Assembly (NCBI RefSeq): GCF_006345805.1
Contig: NC_043002.1
Location: 32,364,001-32,428,000, forward strand
Direction: 5' to 3'
Source: Octopus sinensis
Lineage: Eukaryota
Length of the DNA: 64,000 bases
The translations under genes were made by a program, and so were the position numbers. The notes beneath the pieces are model-generated. The model was not told the DNA's origin. It saw nothing but the letters and a program-made list of their open reading frames with translations, and made no database searches. How positions within the stretch are numbered: the first letter of the stretch is position 1; the number at the start of each line of letters is the position of its first letter. This document shows, piece by piece, positions 62,421-64,000 of the stretch.

Positions 62421-62843
62421 GAAACTAGGTTTTTTTTCCCTAAAAGTGAGAATTAAATATATACATCATATGAACTGCACACATAGAAGACACATGATGA
62501 TCTACCTCCATGTACAAACAAACATTACACATACCCAAAGTATTATATATAAACAAAAGCAACTTTCAGAACAATTTTTCTCCCTAAGCCCAAAAGCCAA
62601 GGGAGATAATCGTTCAGTGGGACCACTTGGTATCTTATTTTGTTTACGAGATTGTATCTGGAATTCCCATGATTTTTCATGTTTTAATCCAAAATGGAAA
62701 CGAACACGAATTCCTCCATGCCACCGGCTTCAAAAATAAAGTATTTAAGTATTTTCTTAACTTGGAAACAATGGTAGCCTTAATACACAAATAAATAACT
62801 TGTATTCATCAATGTATGTTGCGCATTCACTCTCATTGTTCAA

Positions 62844-62881
<38 letters not shown>

Positions 62882-62888
62882 ACATATA

Positions 62889-62920
<32 letters not shown>

Positions 62921-63012
62921 TAACAATATTTAAGAAACTGATGGTTGACAAATCTATACTTGGGCGCCTATTAATTACACGAAAATGAGAAGTGATAAAA
63001 AAAAATACTCAC

Positions 63013-63047
63013 AACGTGCCAATTCTCGTGTATGTGTTCGAAGAAGG
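63013..63047 (-). CDS. Candidate 35-bp exon, phase 0-2 (PSSNTYTRIGT)
   Basis: cttatttcag acceptor, gtgagta donor; same length, phase, central TCGAA..AGA and intron flanks (attacacgaaa...aagtga) as 44289-44323. Confidence 0.55.
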
Positions 63048-63324
63048 CTGAAATAAGATGTAAAATATTAAACAATCATTTTAAGTGATGTTAGTTTAAA
63101 AACATTGTATTAACATACTGTTTTATTTAATTGCTGATGTGTAGAACTCTACTGCGATTAAGATGAGTTTGAGTGGCACACACTCGCGGAAACGCTCACA
63201 GAAACACATCCGCAAACTCGTATCTATTCATCCTTCCATTTATAAGTCTATATCCTTCTATGTATCAATCTGCATATCTATCTATATATCTATATCCATA
63301 TATATATCTCTCTCTCTCTCTGTA

Positions 63325-64000
63325 TAAACGAACAACGCATTGAATAAAATATCTGATGATACTTTACGTCGTAAAAGTAAACGAGATAGTGAGAGCTGGA
63401 AACTATGTGATGATAAATATAACGATAAACGTCGCCCTTATCAAGCCTAGCAAGGCTCATGGGCCCGGTTTCCAGGTTTCTGTGGTGTATGTGTTTCCCC
63501 CAGCTGGACAGGACGCCAGTCCATTGCAGCGTTACTCAAGAAACAGGAAGAGCGTTAGAGAAAGCTGTAGCGAAAGATTACCCCCCCCCCGTGCCGGAGC
63601 CTTGTAGAGTTTCAAGGTGTTTTCGCTCAATAAACACATAGAACACCCGTACTGGGAATCGAAACCGCGATCCTCCGACTGCGAGTCTACTGCCCTAACC
63701 ACTGGGCCATTGCGCTTCCACGATCATAAATATACTTCATGTCAAAACTGAACTGCTATTTATTTCGATCAACTTCGAAAATATGAAGGGTAAAGTCGAG
63801 CCGACAAAATTTGAGTTTACAACGTAAATTCAAAAGAATTAGGCAACGTATTTTGTCCACGTGCTAGCGATTCTATCATCTTAATGCCTCCAAAAGAAAA
63901 TGTAATAATCGTTTCAAACAAGACTAGCAATTTCGGAGGAAACGCAATTCGATTACATTGACCCCAGTACTCAATTGGTGCGCATTTTTTCGACAGTGGA
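63325..64000 (+). repeat. Segmental duplication copy, runs off the window end
   Basis: Matches 46921-47597. Confidence 0.95.

Overview
AT-rich, microsatellite-dense eukaryotic genomic DNA. The SINE, LINE and Penelope repertoire looks like octopus/cephalopod; this is inferred from recognised repeat types, not from a database hit. (1) 3.2-20.4 kb: seven phase-compatible GT-AG exons on the + strand form the 3' ~414 codons of a single-domain angiotensin-converting-enzyme-like metallopeptidase (family M2; HEMGH...E). It ends without a membrane anchor, and the normally invariant GFHEAxG zinc-ligand motif reads AVDEAVG. (2) 33-64 kb: a minus-strand gene candidate that the ORF track misses entirely, apparently built by repeated duplication of a two-exon module (a 103-bp phase 2-0 exon plus a 35/50-bp phase 0-2 exon). 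One module carries YVN and YEEI phosphotyrosine-type motifs, one has an in-frame stop, and a third 103-bp copy is predicted just beyond the window end (~64,193-64,295). (3) Several hammerhead-ribozyme (HHR) motifs, mostly enclosed in inverted repeats or near-perfect palindromes linked to Penelope-like elements; the one at 24,970-25,062 has a fully canonical core. (4) Many transposon relics: CR1-like, R4/Dong-like and RTE LINEs, Penelope GIY-YIG fragments, mariner/Tc1 elements, MITEs and three tRNA-like SINE groups, with datable nested insertions and local duplications. Most long ORFs in the supplied track are microsatellite artefacts.
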